64,000 nucleotides of DNA from a virus. How positions within the stretch are numbered: position 1 is the stretch's first letter; every line of letters starts with the position of its first letter. Where the stretch lies: the IMG/VR virus record IMGVR_UViG_3300045988_129435. One strand, 5' to 3'. A program made the translations under genes and the position numbers. Under the pieces are notes generated by a model. The model saw only the letters and a program-made list of their open reading frames with translations. It was not told the origin of the DNA and made no database searches. Of the stretch, positions 51,882 to 61,272 are shown in pieces.

Positions 51882-54107
51882 TCAGACTACGTTAATATTC
51901 ATTTTCTCTTTCGTAAAGGATAGGATGTGCACAATAACATCCACCGTCCATCCGTTGCCTAGCATTCGGTACTGCTGCGTGTCGGAACATTCCCATTTAT
52001 ACCAGGAAGGAATAGTCTGAAGGCGGGCGCATTCGGTAGGAGTCAGACGACGAATCCCTGCAATTCCCGTGAGAGGCGAATCCTCTTCTACAATCATTCC
52101 TACATGAGACGCAATATGCGTATCTGATTTTTGATCGGTATATAAAATTGTACCGTACTCACTTACTCCGGATTTCCTGTAATCCCCTCTATGAGGACGT
52201 ATTCCTCTGTCTGTATACGAAACTCCTTTGACTCTAACATCTTCCACTATCAAATTTTCCTTTCCATCCTTATAGCATCTCGCCAGTAAAGTATTGCTCT
52301 TTAAAGTTGGGAATTGCGCTCCAAACCCGTTCCTTTTTTCCGTATGTCTTTGTTTGTGATTCATTATGTCCGAAATGGCTTTATTACTCATATAATATTT
52401 CTCGTCCACTTCATCTTCAAGGATATCTTTCAACAAAAATCCCTTATCCGCAGGCTGCGGTATGTCAGAATACAAATCATCAAACAAACCATCTCTTTTC
52501 GTCCTAATATTCGTCCAATAGATACGTCTCCGATTCTGTGCCGATACCAAGGCAGAATTGATATGCACGCCATATATCCCAATTGCGTTACTCAGTACCC
52601 GTTCCCACTTCTTCCCCATTTCCACGTTTTCCAGCAAGAACAGCACATTCGGATTATATTTACGGATGTCAGTCAGAATACGCATATACTCCCAAAACAG
52701 ATAAGACTCCCCTTCGAATTGAAAGCCTTCTTCTTTTAATTCCAGGTAGCGATCCAGAGTGTATATCTCTTCTTTATCCACAGTAGACATCCCGACACGT
52801 TTGCCGGCAAAAGAGAATGACTGACAATTATGTACAACGAAATTATTTGCAGTATAAGAATTATCTTCCTCGACTTCAAGATTGTAAACCGTTTGCATTT
52901 TATATGCAGTAAACGACTTTACGTTTGACCACATTTTATCACCTATCGTTTTTGCCTTATCGTATCTCCTTTCTTTTTCTGAAAAGGATATTATATATTG
53001 CTTGTTCTGACGCACTGTTCTTCCTAGAAGCTTTTTGTGTTCCGCAGGTGTGTGTTTACCGACATTTATATGACTATTATAAAGTTTAGAAACAACACGC
53101 TGAATCGTGATTGCCAACATAGGGCTTATTGTCGTTATGTGCCATTCATTGCCATCTATACACCCGTCACCATCAAGAAACCCTTTCAGTACGATTGACA
53201 ACAAATCTTTTGGCAGTCTAACTATCGCTTCCCCAAAATGCTTATTTATAGAACCAATACCACAATACTTTTCTACTAGTTCAACTAACCTTTTATTGCT
53301 GAACACAATGCGATGGACGCTATCTCCGTGCTTATAGCAACTATAATTTAACTTGTCTATATTGGAGCAAAACTGTTCTACTTTTGAATTTCCGATACTT
53401 AGTATAAGCTGCCATGCTCTGCTTCCTTTGTGGTATTCGTCATACCTTTTGTCTTTCCTTGTATGTCCGCCTGCGATATATCTGCCTATTACATAGGCTT
53501 CGTCTTTAGTGATATTGTACGGATTTTCGGATAGGTCATTCTGTATGTTTGAACATATATAATAATCTCCCTTAAGTAACCCAGCGTTCACCCACTCGGC
53601 ATCTCCCAATATGACACGTGCAGACTTTTTCCCATCGTCTTTTCTATAATATTCTTTATATTTCTTCCGGGCGTAAAAAGGATGATTCTTTGTGCAGACA
53701 ACATCAACAAATCCTTGCGCTTTTAACGTATAGGTCATGGCTTCCTTATGACCTATAGCTAAAACAGGCATATATCTGTTATTGTGGGTGAGAACCTTGT
53801 CACCAACTCTTATATCTTCAATGTCTTTATACCCAACATCGGTCAACACTTTGACCCCTGCCGCAAAGCAAGGACTGCCCCCTATCAACAGGTCAATTGG
53901 TTCTAACTTAGACACATCTACCTGAGTGACATCTCCGAGCTGGATTGTATCCGGGAAATTGAGCTGCGTCTGCTTGATGGCATGCTTGTCTATCTCAGAA
54001 GCGTAATACTTTCCCGGGATAATGCCAAGCTGCTTCAAAGCAATCTGACCGCAGGACATGCCATCGAATAAACTTAGTACATTCATCTCTGATTTGTTAT
54101 ACTCCAA
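51882..54107 (-). CDS. DNA (cytosine-5)-methyltransferase interrupted by an intein
   Basis: Motif I LSLFDGMSCG, motif IV GGSP[intein]CQSFSFAGK, motif VI FLLENV, motif VIII QNRRRIYW, motif X LGNGWTV. Confidence 0.9.
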   Translation of the reverse strand: MEYNKSEMNVLSLFDGMSCGQIALKQLGIIPGKYYASEIDKHAIKQTQLNFPDTIQLGDVTQVDVSKLEPIDLLIGGSPCFAAGVKVLTDVGYKDIEDIRVGDKVLTHNNRYMPVLAIGHKEAMTYTLKAQGFVDVVCTKNHPFYARKKYKEYYRKDDGKKSARVILGDAEWVNAGLLKGDYYICSNIQNDLSENPYNITKDEAYVIGRYIAGGHTRKDKRYDEYHKGSRAWQLILSIGNSKVEQFCSNIDKLNYSCYKHGDSVHRIVFSNKRLVELVEKYCGIGSINKHFGEAIVRLPKDLLSIVLKGFLDGDGCIDGNEWHITTISPMLAITIQRVVSKLYNSHINVGKHTPAEHKKLLGRTVRQNKQYIISFSEKERRYDKAKTIGDKMWSNVKSFTAYKMQTVYNLEVEEDNSYTANNFVVHNCQSFSFAGKRVGMSTVDKEEIYTLDRYLELKEEGFQFEGESYLFWEYMRILTDIRKYNPNVLFLLENVEMGKKWERVLSNAIGIYGVHINSALVSAQNRRRIYWTNIRTKRDGLFDDLYSDIPQPADKGFLLKDILEDEVDEKYYMSNKAISDIMNHKQRHTEKRNGFGAQFPTLKSNTLLARCYKDGKENLIVEDVRVKGVSYTDRGIRPHRGDYRKSGVSEYGTILYTDQKSDTHIASHVGMIVEEDSPLTGIAGIRRLTPTECARLQTIPSWYKWECSDTQQYRMLGNGWTVDVIVHILSFTKEKMNINVV
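52827..53870 (-). mobile_element. Intein (348 aa) with a LAGLIDADG domain inserted at the PCQ catalytic motif of the C5-methyltransferase
   Basis: Residues 80-427: block A CFAAGVKVLTDVGY, block B TKNH, LAGLIDADG-like VIGRYIAGGH and LKGFLDGDGCIDG, block F VYNLEVEEDNSYTA, end VVHN then +1 Cys of CQSFS. Confidence 0.88.
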
Positions 54108-54528
54108 TTATCTTATCGTTGATACGAAATATGTTGTCACTCACAAAATCGTATATTTTATACATCAGTTCTGGTTCTTGCTTTTCGGGAGAATAAACCA
54201 TTACCCTTTTACCTGCACCTTTCATCCATCCGGCTTCTGTGTTGGCCGAGCGGCCACAAGGAAGAACCATAACGCAGACATCAGCCCACTGCATACCATT
54301 AAAATCTGAATCAAAACCTTTCTGCGCAATTGGGTGATTAAGTGCTTCTTGATATTGTTCAGTTGTCCAGTTCTGCCAATCAGGGTCTATATCAGACCAT
54401 TGGAAACCACCATTCCCATGTGGGGGATTCTTAAAATCATAGACCTCATGTCCTAAATCACGGAGAATAGCTACAACGTCCTGTTGAAATACATTTCTCC
54501 AACTACTTGCTACATAAATCTTTGCCAT
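54097..54528 (-). CDS. Hypothetical protein, possibly nucleoside 2-deoxyribosyltransferase-like
   Basis: 143 aa. The N-terminus MAKIYVASSWRN resembles a Rossmann-like start. The assignment is weak. Confidence 0.3.
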   Translation of the reverse strand: MAKIYVASSWRNVFQQDVVAILRDLGHEVYDFKNPPHGNGGFQWSDIDPDWQNWTTEQYQEALNHPIAQKGFDSDFNGMQWADVCVMVLPCGRSANTEAGWMKGAGKRVMVYSPEKQEPELMYKIYDFVSDNIFRINDKIIGV

Positions 54529-54756
54529 ATTATTTTAAATTGTTACTTTTGGATGTCGTTTGCACGGTGCAAGCGACTTAATTTTATTTTTATGAAAAAC
54601 ATAATTTTAAAAGGACTCCTATAGCTTTACTACCGTGGGGCTATATGGATGTCCAAAATCAATTAGACGGTAGGATGGGAAGCATTTTTCAATCTCGTAA
54701 GTGACAGTTATTAGTTAATTGAATACGTGACAGAGTGTGTACCCATCTAAAATAAA

Positions 54757-54790
54757 CAGGAGGCGGCTTTGCAACCCGCCTTTTGCTTTT
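54757..54790 (-). terminator. Terminator-like hairpin after the PAPS-reductase-like gene
   Basis: Stem AGGCGG (54761-54766) / CCGCCT (54776-54781) with T-rich flanks on both strands. Confidence 0.55.
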
Positions 54791-54808
54791 ATTCATTACT
54801 AAATTGTT

Positions 54809-55615
54809 TTACCTTATTCTATTTAAAATCTCTTTCTGTATAACCTCTTTCGCATTAAAATGAAAAAGTCCCTTTTTCAAACGTCTAACATCCTGCATCG
54901 GCATTTCATTGATGTAGAAGTAAAAGGATTCATACGGATCACTGAAATTCTTAGCAAGAGCATTGTTAGGTTTATTATTCATATATCGTTCAATGGCGAC
55001 AATCATTCTTCGGGCATAACCAGGAAACATCTTAAATTCTGCCTGCATCTGCTTGCAACCGGCAAGGGGACAACCAATACAGCCATGACGGGAAAGATTA
55101 TAGGGCTTATCGTAATACTTGGAATATGGAAGACCATTTTTACGAATGTAGTTCCATACATCGGCTTCTGACCAGTTAAGGATCGGGAGAATATGCTTCG
55201 CACCTTTCATCCATCTGCGTGCATCACATTGCTCCGGTTCATACGACGCCCTCGATTGGCTTTCTTCTGCCCTCATTCCCTCTATTGTACGCTGACCGAT
55301 ACCGTATTGCTCCTTCAACTTTTCACAGCAAAAACGCCTCATTCTGCCGGGTAATCCTTTATTTTCAACCAACTGAAAAAATGATTTCTTTGGGTGAAGT
55401 ATCTGAACCTGTGAATAGTTCTTCTTTATGAAACTGATTGTACCAGGTGGATCAACTGTCGTATTTGCGTAAGACGCATTATACTTTATACCAGAACGCT
55501 CTGCAAGGTCAAGAATTACAACACTATCTTTGCCGCCAGAAAAGCCTAAACACATCGGATCGTCACGTTCCATGCTGCGAAGAAAGTCGATTGCTTGCTG
55601 CTCCTTTTTATTCAT
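54809..55615 (-). CDS. Phosphoadenosine-phosphosulfate (PAPS) reductase family / PP-loop protein
   Basis: 268 aa with PP-loop FSGGKDS, RRFCCEKLK, GMRAEESQSR and C-terminal RHGCIGCPLA. Confidence 0.82.
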   Translation of the reverse strand: MNKKEQQAIDFLRSMERDDPMCLGFSGGKDSVVILDLAERSGIKYNASYANTTVDPPGTISFIKKNYSQVQILHPKKSFFQLVENKGLPGRMRRFCCEKLKEQYGIGQRTIEGMRAEESQSRASYEPEQCDARRWMKGAKHILPILNWSEADVWNYIRKNGLPYSKYYDKPYNLSRHGCIGCPLAGCKQMQAEFKMFPGYARRMIVAIERYMNNKPNNALAKNFSDPYESFYFYINEMPMQDVRRLKKGLFHFNAKEVIQKEILNRIR

Positions 55616-55678
55616 TTCTAAACAATTTTGAATTATTACTTTCTAAAAAACATGTCCCCTGAAATTGACCGAGCAGCC

Positions 55679-56068
55679 TTAATTATCAAAGATATGAGCA
55701 AACACACTCTTCTCGTCAGACAACTCAATATTTAACTGGGACGGGAAACACTTGATGTAATTATAGAATTCGAACATCTTCTTGTCGTCGTCACCGCAGC
55801 GATCTATCAGCAGCTTGATAAAGGCAAGGAGACAGTCTGAGTCGTTTCCAAAATTCTCCTGAGTAGAAAGCTGGGTCTTGTCTACATCTTGCTTCAGCCG
55901 GCGTATAGCTGCTATCGCCGTGTTGAAATTGTGCTTGGCATCATAACGCAGATCATATCCCTGCTTTTTCATTTCACTTCTCATGTCGAGAAGAAGAGTT
56001 TCTACGACATCTGCCAACACATACGTTAAGTTGAGGGTCGTATTAAGATTTGTTGTTCCTACCAACAT
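55679..56068 (-). CDS. Hypothetical protein
   Basis: 129-aa ORF. Confidence 0.5.
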   Translation of the reverse strand: MLVGTTNLNTTLNLTYVLADVVETLLLDMRSEMKKQGYDLRYDAKHNFNTAIAAIRRLKQDVDKTQLSTQENFGNDSDCLLAFIKLLIDRCGDDDKKMFEFYNYIKCFPSQLNIELSDEKSVFAHIFDN

Positions 56069-56441
56069 AGTTAATTATACATTTTTCAATTCCACTTATG
56101 CGCCATGACTTATGAAATGGCTGCTTTGCTTTTGTATATAACTTGCACCGTTTACATATTGGTTTCAGGTATCTTCCCTGATAATGAATACCGTTACAAA
56201 TTACTGGATAACCTTGGATCATCATCTGTTCGGTTATTGGTTTTGTGATTTAGTAGGTAGATAACAGGCATAAGAATAGATTGAGTAAGCCTGTTGAGTA
56301 CCACTTCTTTTTCTGTTAATTTTCTAATTGTTTTCATTGCTCTTATGTTTTTATATGTTTCTGATTTACAGGCATAAAGTTACTTGTTTTTTAACTTGTA
56401 AACAAACGTTACTTTCCTTATTTGTAGGGCTTTAGATTAAT

Positions 56442-57164
56442 TTAACTTGTTGATAAACAAGAGTTTCCAATACGTCTTGAAGCCCTTTCAATAGCATCCT
56501 TATCACCATTTTCTACAAGCTTCTTTTCTTGCTCAAGATATTCTGCGTATGATATGCTATTATTACCACGCTCCTCTATCTCTTTTTGTCGCTGAATGCG
56601 GTATTGCTCACGTTCGTGACGTTCAATTCCCCTTCGCCTTTCGGATGTATATTCAAGCATAGCACTTGTTATCTTCATAGGATCAATGGCTCCATAAAAC
56701 CTCCCATATTGTCCAGATTTAAAACGGGCTATGAAAAAACATATTTCAGCGGCATTGATATAATAATACTCCGAAAGGAATATTGCAGCCAATTCTTCAA
56801 GTTGAGTTTTGGCTATCTTTGTAGATACCTCTGCAAAATCATTCAACGTTCCAAATTGAATTTTAAGCCACTCTAGTGGTGTCTCATCCCCATAAGTAGA
56901 AGCCAAAAGCCCCAAACTTGGTATTTCAAGATTTAAAGCTAAATCTGCGTGTGTAGCATTACATCTGACAATTTTAAATTGTAAATCCGGATTGTAATCA
57001 AGAATAAATTGTGCCGGATCAGGGTATTTGGTCAATAATGCCCTCTGCTTCAAGTTCCTTTCTCTTTTTTGCGGCAGCTTCTCGGACGGTTGTAGAGACT
57101 GCAAGAATTGAATCAAGTTTTCGCTGCTCGCTATCTTGTTGGTTTTTACTAAGCCTTGTTCCAT
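56442..57164 (-). CDS. Hypothetical replication-module protein
   Basis: 240-aa ORF. Its first 146 nt overlap the 3' end of 57019-57930 in another frame. Confidence 0.5.
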   Translation of the reverse strand: MEQGLVKTNKIASSENLIQFLQSLQPSEKLPQKRERNLKQRALLTKYPDPAQFILDYNPDLQFKIVRCNATHADLALNLEIPSLGLLASTYGDETPLEWLKIQFGTLNDFAEVSTKIAKTQLEELAAIFLSEYYYINAAEICFFIARFKSGQYGRFYGAIDPMKITSAMLEYTSERRRGIERHEREQYRIQRQKEIEERGNNSISYAEYLEQEKKLVENGDKDAIERASRRIGNSCLSTS

Positions 57165-57930
57165 TGTAGTTACCTTCTAAAATTTTAGTAAAATTCGTAG
57201 GTCTGAAAATCCAATCAAAATCACATCGCCAGTTTCTATCATTCCTCCCTAAAAGAAATGGAGATTGAAGAATGTTGTTAAATACATCCATAATTGCTTG
57301 TTTGTCATATTCTGCTACACGAGCTTTTATTGATTTCTTCCTTTTGTCAGTCATGGATGACACTTTGGGAAGTTTACCATCAAACATCTTATTGAATGTA
57401 TCCATTAAAGCATTATAATCAATTGCTTCATTTCCACTAGACTCTTCGTCATCCCCCGGGGGGATTATAGGGGGAATATCTCTTATTCCTTTTCCTTCTC
57501 CTATTATAAGCACTGATTGTTCCATGATTGTTCCATGATTATTCAGTGATTGTTCGGTGAGAAAACTATGTATGTCTTTTTGGGCTTTGTCTATCAGCTC
57601 TTTAGGTATGTTCAAATCTTCGGTGTTGGGTCTGTTGATTACTTGATGCCGAGTAAAGTTAGGCAGATATATGAATCTCTCTTCGTTGTAAGAAAGCAGA
57701 CATATAAATCCATTTATTACAAGCTCTTTTATCCATTTTTCAAACTGTTGCACCTGAATCTGATCATATGGAAAGACTTTAGATTTAAGCCAAATAGAAT
57801 CACCTATAACTACTCCTATATCATCGGAAAAAGACCATAGTCCAATATATAATAGTCTGGCATCACGACTTAAACGTCCGATCTTTATATCATCCCAGAA
57901 TTTGGGCTTAATAGAACGTATACGTGCCAT
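57019..57930 (-). CDS. Replication-initiation / replisome-organizer-like protein
   Basis: 303 aa. The N-terminus IKPKFWDD...ARLLYIGLWSFSDDIGV and the C-terminus RNWRCDFDWIFRPTNFTKILEGNY resemble conserved phage replication-protein termini. Confidence 0.4.
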   Translation of the reverse strand: MARIRSIKPKFWDDIKIGRLSRDARLLYIGLWSFSDDIGVVIGDSIWLKSKVFPYDQIQVQQFEKWIKELVINGFICLLSYNEERFIYLPNFTRHQVINRPNTEDLNIPKELIDKAQKDIHSFLTEQSLNNHGTIMEQSVLIIGEGKGIRDIPPIIPPGDDEESSGNEAIDYNALMDTFNKMFDGKLPKVSSMTDKRKKSIKARVAEYDKQAIMDVFNNILQSPFLLGRNDRNWRCDFDWIFRPTNFTKILEGNYNGTRLSKNQQDSEQRKLDSILAVSTTVREAAAKKRKELEAEGIIDQIP

Positions 57931-58163
57931 GTTTGTTCGTAAATAATTTGGGTTTAATCATAACTTAATAAAATAAGCTCCATATTTTCATTGTTTCTAT
58001 ATTGTGGAACTCGGGAACAACTACTCATACAGAGCTGACTTATATCTTTGCTATACGAGAGCTCCACCAATCGCATTTATTCTTTTCACGGTGTAAATCT
58101 ACAAATAAGTGATATTACTAATATCATTTTTAATCAATTATTTTTCCGTGATTAACATTTTTT

Positions 58164-58508
58164 CTAATATCCTTTCCTTTGTAATGCCAAATCCTGCTTT
58201 GCAAAAGATATCTGAGTACGTATGTTATCTCCAGCGTGAACAAGAGTTCGATTTATGCGATCTAGCCATACAACCAACTGATTAGCAGTCACACTTTGAG
58301 CTGAAACAAACTTAATTGCAACAGTTGCCGGAACTCGTGATATGAATTCCATGTGTTGAGAGTAAACATTTGCCGTTACCTGATCTTGATACGCTTTTGC
58401 ATCAGCTAGAAGTTTTCCACTTCTTGCAAGGTATACATTTATATCAGTCAATCGATCTATAAGTTCTTTAGGATTGTCACTAGCTGTTGTTTCAAGAAAC
58501 GACTGCAT
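58164..58508 (-). CDS. Hypothetical protein
   Basis: 114-aa ORF. Confidence 0.5.
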   Translation of the reverse strand: MQSFLETTASDNPKELIDRLTDINVYLARSGKLLADAKAYQDQVTANVYSQHMEFISRVPATVAIKFVSAQSVTANQLVVWLDRINRTLVHAGDNIRTQISFAKQDLALQRKGY

Positions 58509-58645
58509 TTCTTCTATTTCCTGTATAATAGGAGGCAGAGGACAATTGTCTATGCATATTGGTTTCTTCAGTGCGGTATGGTAAAGTTAAGTCCTCAGAC
58601 ATCTTTATCATTTTTCCACCATACTGCCATGCCTTGAAATCAATT

Positions 58646-58873
58646 CTAAACTTTGCTTTGCGTAATATCTTCTGTTTTTATATTAACATTTCCACGATTG
58701 ACAAATACCATTAATTTATCATTTGTCAAATGTTCGCAAAGAGGAAAATAAGATAAGGTAGACGTACCAATTTCTTCGCAAAAATCTTTCAACGAACATT
58801 TATCGCATTTAAAACTTGCAGTATCTGACTGTATGGCTTCATGGAAAACTCCATTTATTAATATTCCATTCAT
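58646..58873 (-). CDS. Hypothetical Cys-containing small protein
   Basis: 75-aa ORF. Confidence 0.45.
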   Translation of the reverse strand: MNGILINGVFHEAIQSDTASFKCDKCSLKDFCEEIGTSTLSYFPLCEHLTNDKLMVFVNRGNVNIKTEDITQSKV

Positions 58874-59079
58874 TACTACTTCATTAAATTGTTTTATATA
58901 CTATTTTCAACTCTATATTACCTTGAATAATCAAGGATGATATTGTTATTTTAAATTGCATGATTCACTTAGAACTACTTAAAACCGGTAAAACAGTGAC
59001 AACCATTTTTCAGATTGTCACTGCGTCGATTGGCATCAACTTAAAGTGCTAGGACGAATCCCTGACACAACTTTCATAC

Positions 59080-59280
59080 TTAGTTAGCTCCCATTCGGCT
59101 ACCATAATCAAAGTAGTCGACCTGATTACGGGGAGAACGAGAAACCTTTAAGCTATCTAACAGCTTGGATCTCAACTTTTCGTTTTCAGCTTCTAACCGG
59201 TAACATTCGGATCTATATTGCGCACATTCGGTGAATGAGCTTAACATAGCCATGTACTGTTTTATATCTACCTTAATCAT
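59080..59280 (-). CDS. Hypothetical coiled-coil small protein
   Basis: 66-aa ORF. Confidence 0.45.
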   Translation of the reverse strand: MIKVDIKQYMAMLSSFTECAQYRSECYRLEAENEKLRSKLLDSLKVSRSPRNQVDYFDYGSRMGAN

Positions 59281-59299
59281 TGCTCTATAGTTTATATTA

Positions 59300-59704
59300 T
59301 TATCCCATTATACTTCCATTTAGACGCTGTGTAGTTCTTATATAGTCATCCAGTAGTTCGTGGAGAATGAAGTCCGGATAAACATTGATTGTACCGAAAC
59401 GCTCAATATTTACCTTGTTGACAGGATACCCCCTTTTCCTACATAAGCGTGCAGCATCATTACTAAGCTTCGAAATGTCACTCACATAGATCGGCAATTT
59501 GTACCTCTGGATATACGATGACATCGTTGAACATCCATAGTTACCGATACACTTTGAAGATAATTTCTTTACGCTATCTTCAAGTGCAGCTAATCTTTGT
59601 TCTGTCAATTTAAGCCTTTTCTCCTGTTCTACATTTGTCTTGGCCAACTGAAGAATCAGCTCGGCTTGACTCATTTCAACGGTTGAGTTCAAAATATTGT
59701 CCAT
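59300..59704 (-). CDS. Hypothetical protein
   Basis: 134-aa ORF. Confidence 0.5.
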   Translation of the reverse strand: MDNILNSTVEMSQAELILQLAKTNVEQEKRLKLTEQRLAALEDSVKKLSSKCIGNYGCSTMSSYIQRYKLPIYVSDISKLSNDAARLCRKRGYPVNKVNIERFGTINVYPDFILHELLDDYIRTTQRLNGSIMG

Positions 59705-59731
59705 TACTCTATATATTTAATATTCAAATAA

Positions 59732-60043
59732 TCAATCACCTACGTAGCGCGAACCGAATCTACCAGTACTATTTACATTGTAATAAGCCGATACCGGTAT
59801 GTTCTTGTTATTGTATCCTTCGTGCATTGTAGCTTTAGCTGTTTTGCTCATCGCTTCGTGTCTTTCTGCTAGGTATTTATCAGTTCTTTCTTTTACCGCT
59901 TCTACTGTGAAGTTGGCTTGGAGTTTTGCAAGTCTCCATGCTGACTTTAAACATTCACCGAAGGTCTTGCCTTGCTTCTTGCCTGAATACTTATACGATC
60001 TGTGAGCGTTTTTCATTATCTCTGATAAATTGTAGCGTTTCAT
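59732..60043 (-). CDS. Hypothetical basic protein, first gene of the leftward early operon
   Basis: 103-aa ORF directly downstream of the divergent switch region. Confidence 0.5.
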   Translation of the reverse strand: MKRYNLSEIMKNAHRSYKYSGKKQGKTFGECLKSAWRLAKLQANFTVEAVKERTDKYLAERHEAMSKTAKATMHEGYNNKNIPVSAYYNVNSTGRFGSRYVGD

Positions 60044-60083
60044 ATATTTAGGAGTTAATTGTTATTAGTTCTTTTATTTGATG

Positions 60084-60195
60084 TAAAGATACAAGTTATA
60101 ACTTGTTTAACCAAGCATTATCACAAGAAAAAACTTGTCTTTAACTTTATTTGTGCAAGTTATAACTTGTTGCATGCGAAATATTACTACCTTTG
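60084..60195. promoter_or_regulatory. Divergent switch region: leftward -7 box (60084-60091), three operators ACAAG-N6-CTTGT (60091-60106, 60123-60138, 60155-60170), rightward -7 box TAccTTTG (60188-60195)
   Basis: Read directly. Operator centres are spaced exactly 32 bp apart, and the outer operators abut the two -7 boxes. Confidence 0.7.
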
Positions 60196-60220
60196 CTATA
60201 AATATTAATCACTTTATTAT

Positions 60221-60502
60221 ATGAGAATCAGAGAAGCCATAGAACAACAAGGGATGACTACGCAAGATGTAGCTAAAAAAATAGGTATAACTTTAAGTGG
60301 ACTTAATCAGCATATATCAGGAAATCCTTCCATAAAAGTACTAACCAAAATAGCAGAAGCTATCAACGTCCCCATGTGGCAACTATTCGCGTCCCCAGAA
60401 GAAGTGCAGCTTCCCTCAAACGCCCATTCTGTAAAATGCCCACACTGCGGAAACGAGTTCCCTGTTAGCGTGAATGTTGAACTAAAGCCAGAAACCAGAT
60501 AG
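60221..60502 (+). CDS. XRE/CI-type HTH repressor with a C-terminal CxxC zinc-ribbon-like tail
   Basis: 93 aa. TTQDVAKKIGITLSGLNQHISGN is an HTH_3 pattern, and CPHCGNEF lies near the C-terminus. The gene is divergent from the early operon. Confidence 0.8.
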   Translation: MRIREAIEQQGMTTQDVAKKIGITLSGLNQHISGNPSIKVLTKIAEAINVPMWQLFASPEEVQLPSNAHSVKCPHCGNEFPVSVNVELKPETR

Positions 60503-60516
60503 GACAATAGCAAGCT

Positions 60517-60942
60517 ATGGACACAAAAGAACTAAGGTTAGGCAACTGTGTTATGCTTTCGAAGGATTACCAGTACGTAGGAGTTGAAATACCTACAGGT
60601 ACTGTATGCAAAGTACATGCCATTAGTCTTAATTCCTTGTACCTGGAATGCCATGTAAATGGTGGGACTTTTTACGGTGAAGTTCCTATTTCTATGGTAG
60701 AACCTATTTCTCTCACAGAAGGATTGCTGTTAAAGTGCGGATTTAATATCGAGTATTATGAATTCCAAATAAAAGAACAACGATTATTGACTATAGAAGA
60801 TTTCTGGATATTATATAATACTCGTACTAACTTCTATGGAGTAATGCTCTCTAACAGAGTTTTTAAGCAAATAGAATATCTGAATCAACTTCAGAACATA
60901 TATTTTGATTTAGCTGGAATAGAATTAAAAGTAAATCTATGA
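60517..60942 (+). CDS. Hypothetical protein co-transcribed with the repressor
   Basis: 141-aa ORF. Confidence 0.55.
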   Translation: MDTKELRLGNCVMLSKDYQYVGVEIPTGTVCKVHAISLNSLYLECHVNGGTFYGEVPISMVEPISLTEGLLLKCGFNIEYYEFQIKEQRLLTIEDFWILYNTRTNFYGVMLSNRVFKQIEYLNQLQNIYFDLAGIELKVNL

Positions 60943-61268
60943 AACGTATAAAGCTCACAAAGGAAGAAAAAGAAACACTTAGAATCGTTGATAAGTTCAA
61001 CGGTAAATGCCCTTGCGGTTTCCCTTTGCACGTCTACAACTTGTCCGTCCGATCACTTGAAAGGAAAGGACTAATAAAAGCCGCCTATCTGGAAGGTGGA
61101 GCAGTAGAAGATGCCAGAACCACCGATGAAGGAAAACACTACCTTTGTGAGAATCCCAATTTACGAAACCCTATCAACTGGACTGTTGTCGGAGTAATAG
61201 CCGGGATACTTTCTCTTATCGTGTCTGTTATAGCCTTATTTATAAGCTGTACTGCAATGTATAGATGA
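60939..61268 (+). CDS. Membrane-anchored protein with an N-terminal winged-helix-like region
   Basis: 109 aa with C-terminal TM segment WTVVGVIAGILSLIVSVIALFISC and a 4-nt overlap with the upstream ORF. Confidence 0.55.
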   Translation: MKRIKLTKEEKETLRIVDKFNGKCPCGFPLHVYNLSVRSLERKGLIKAAYLEGGAVEDARTTDEGKHYLCENPNLRNPINWTVVGVIAGILSLIVSVIALFISCTAMYR

Positions 61269-61272
61269 ATAA

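Noticed and set aside
56043-56225. 60-aa minus-strand ORF overlapping the start of 55679-56068
   Set aside because: It is short, Cys/Lys-rich and overlaps the neighbour. It could be real, but there is nothing beyond an open frame, so it is not reported as a feature.
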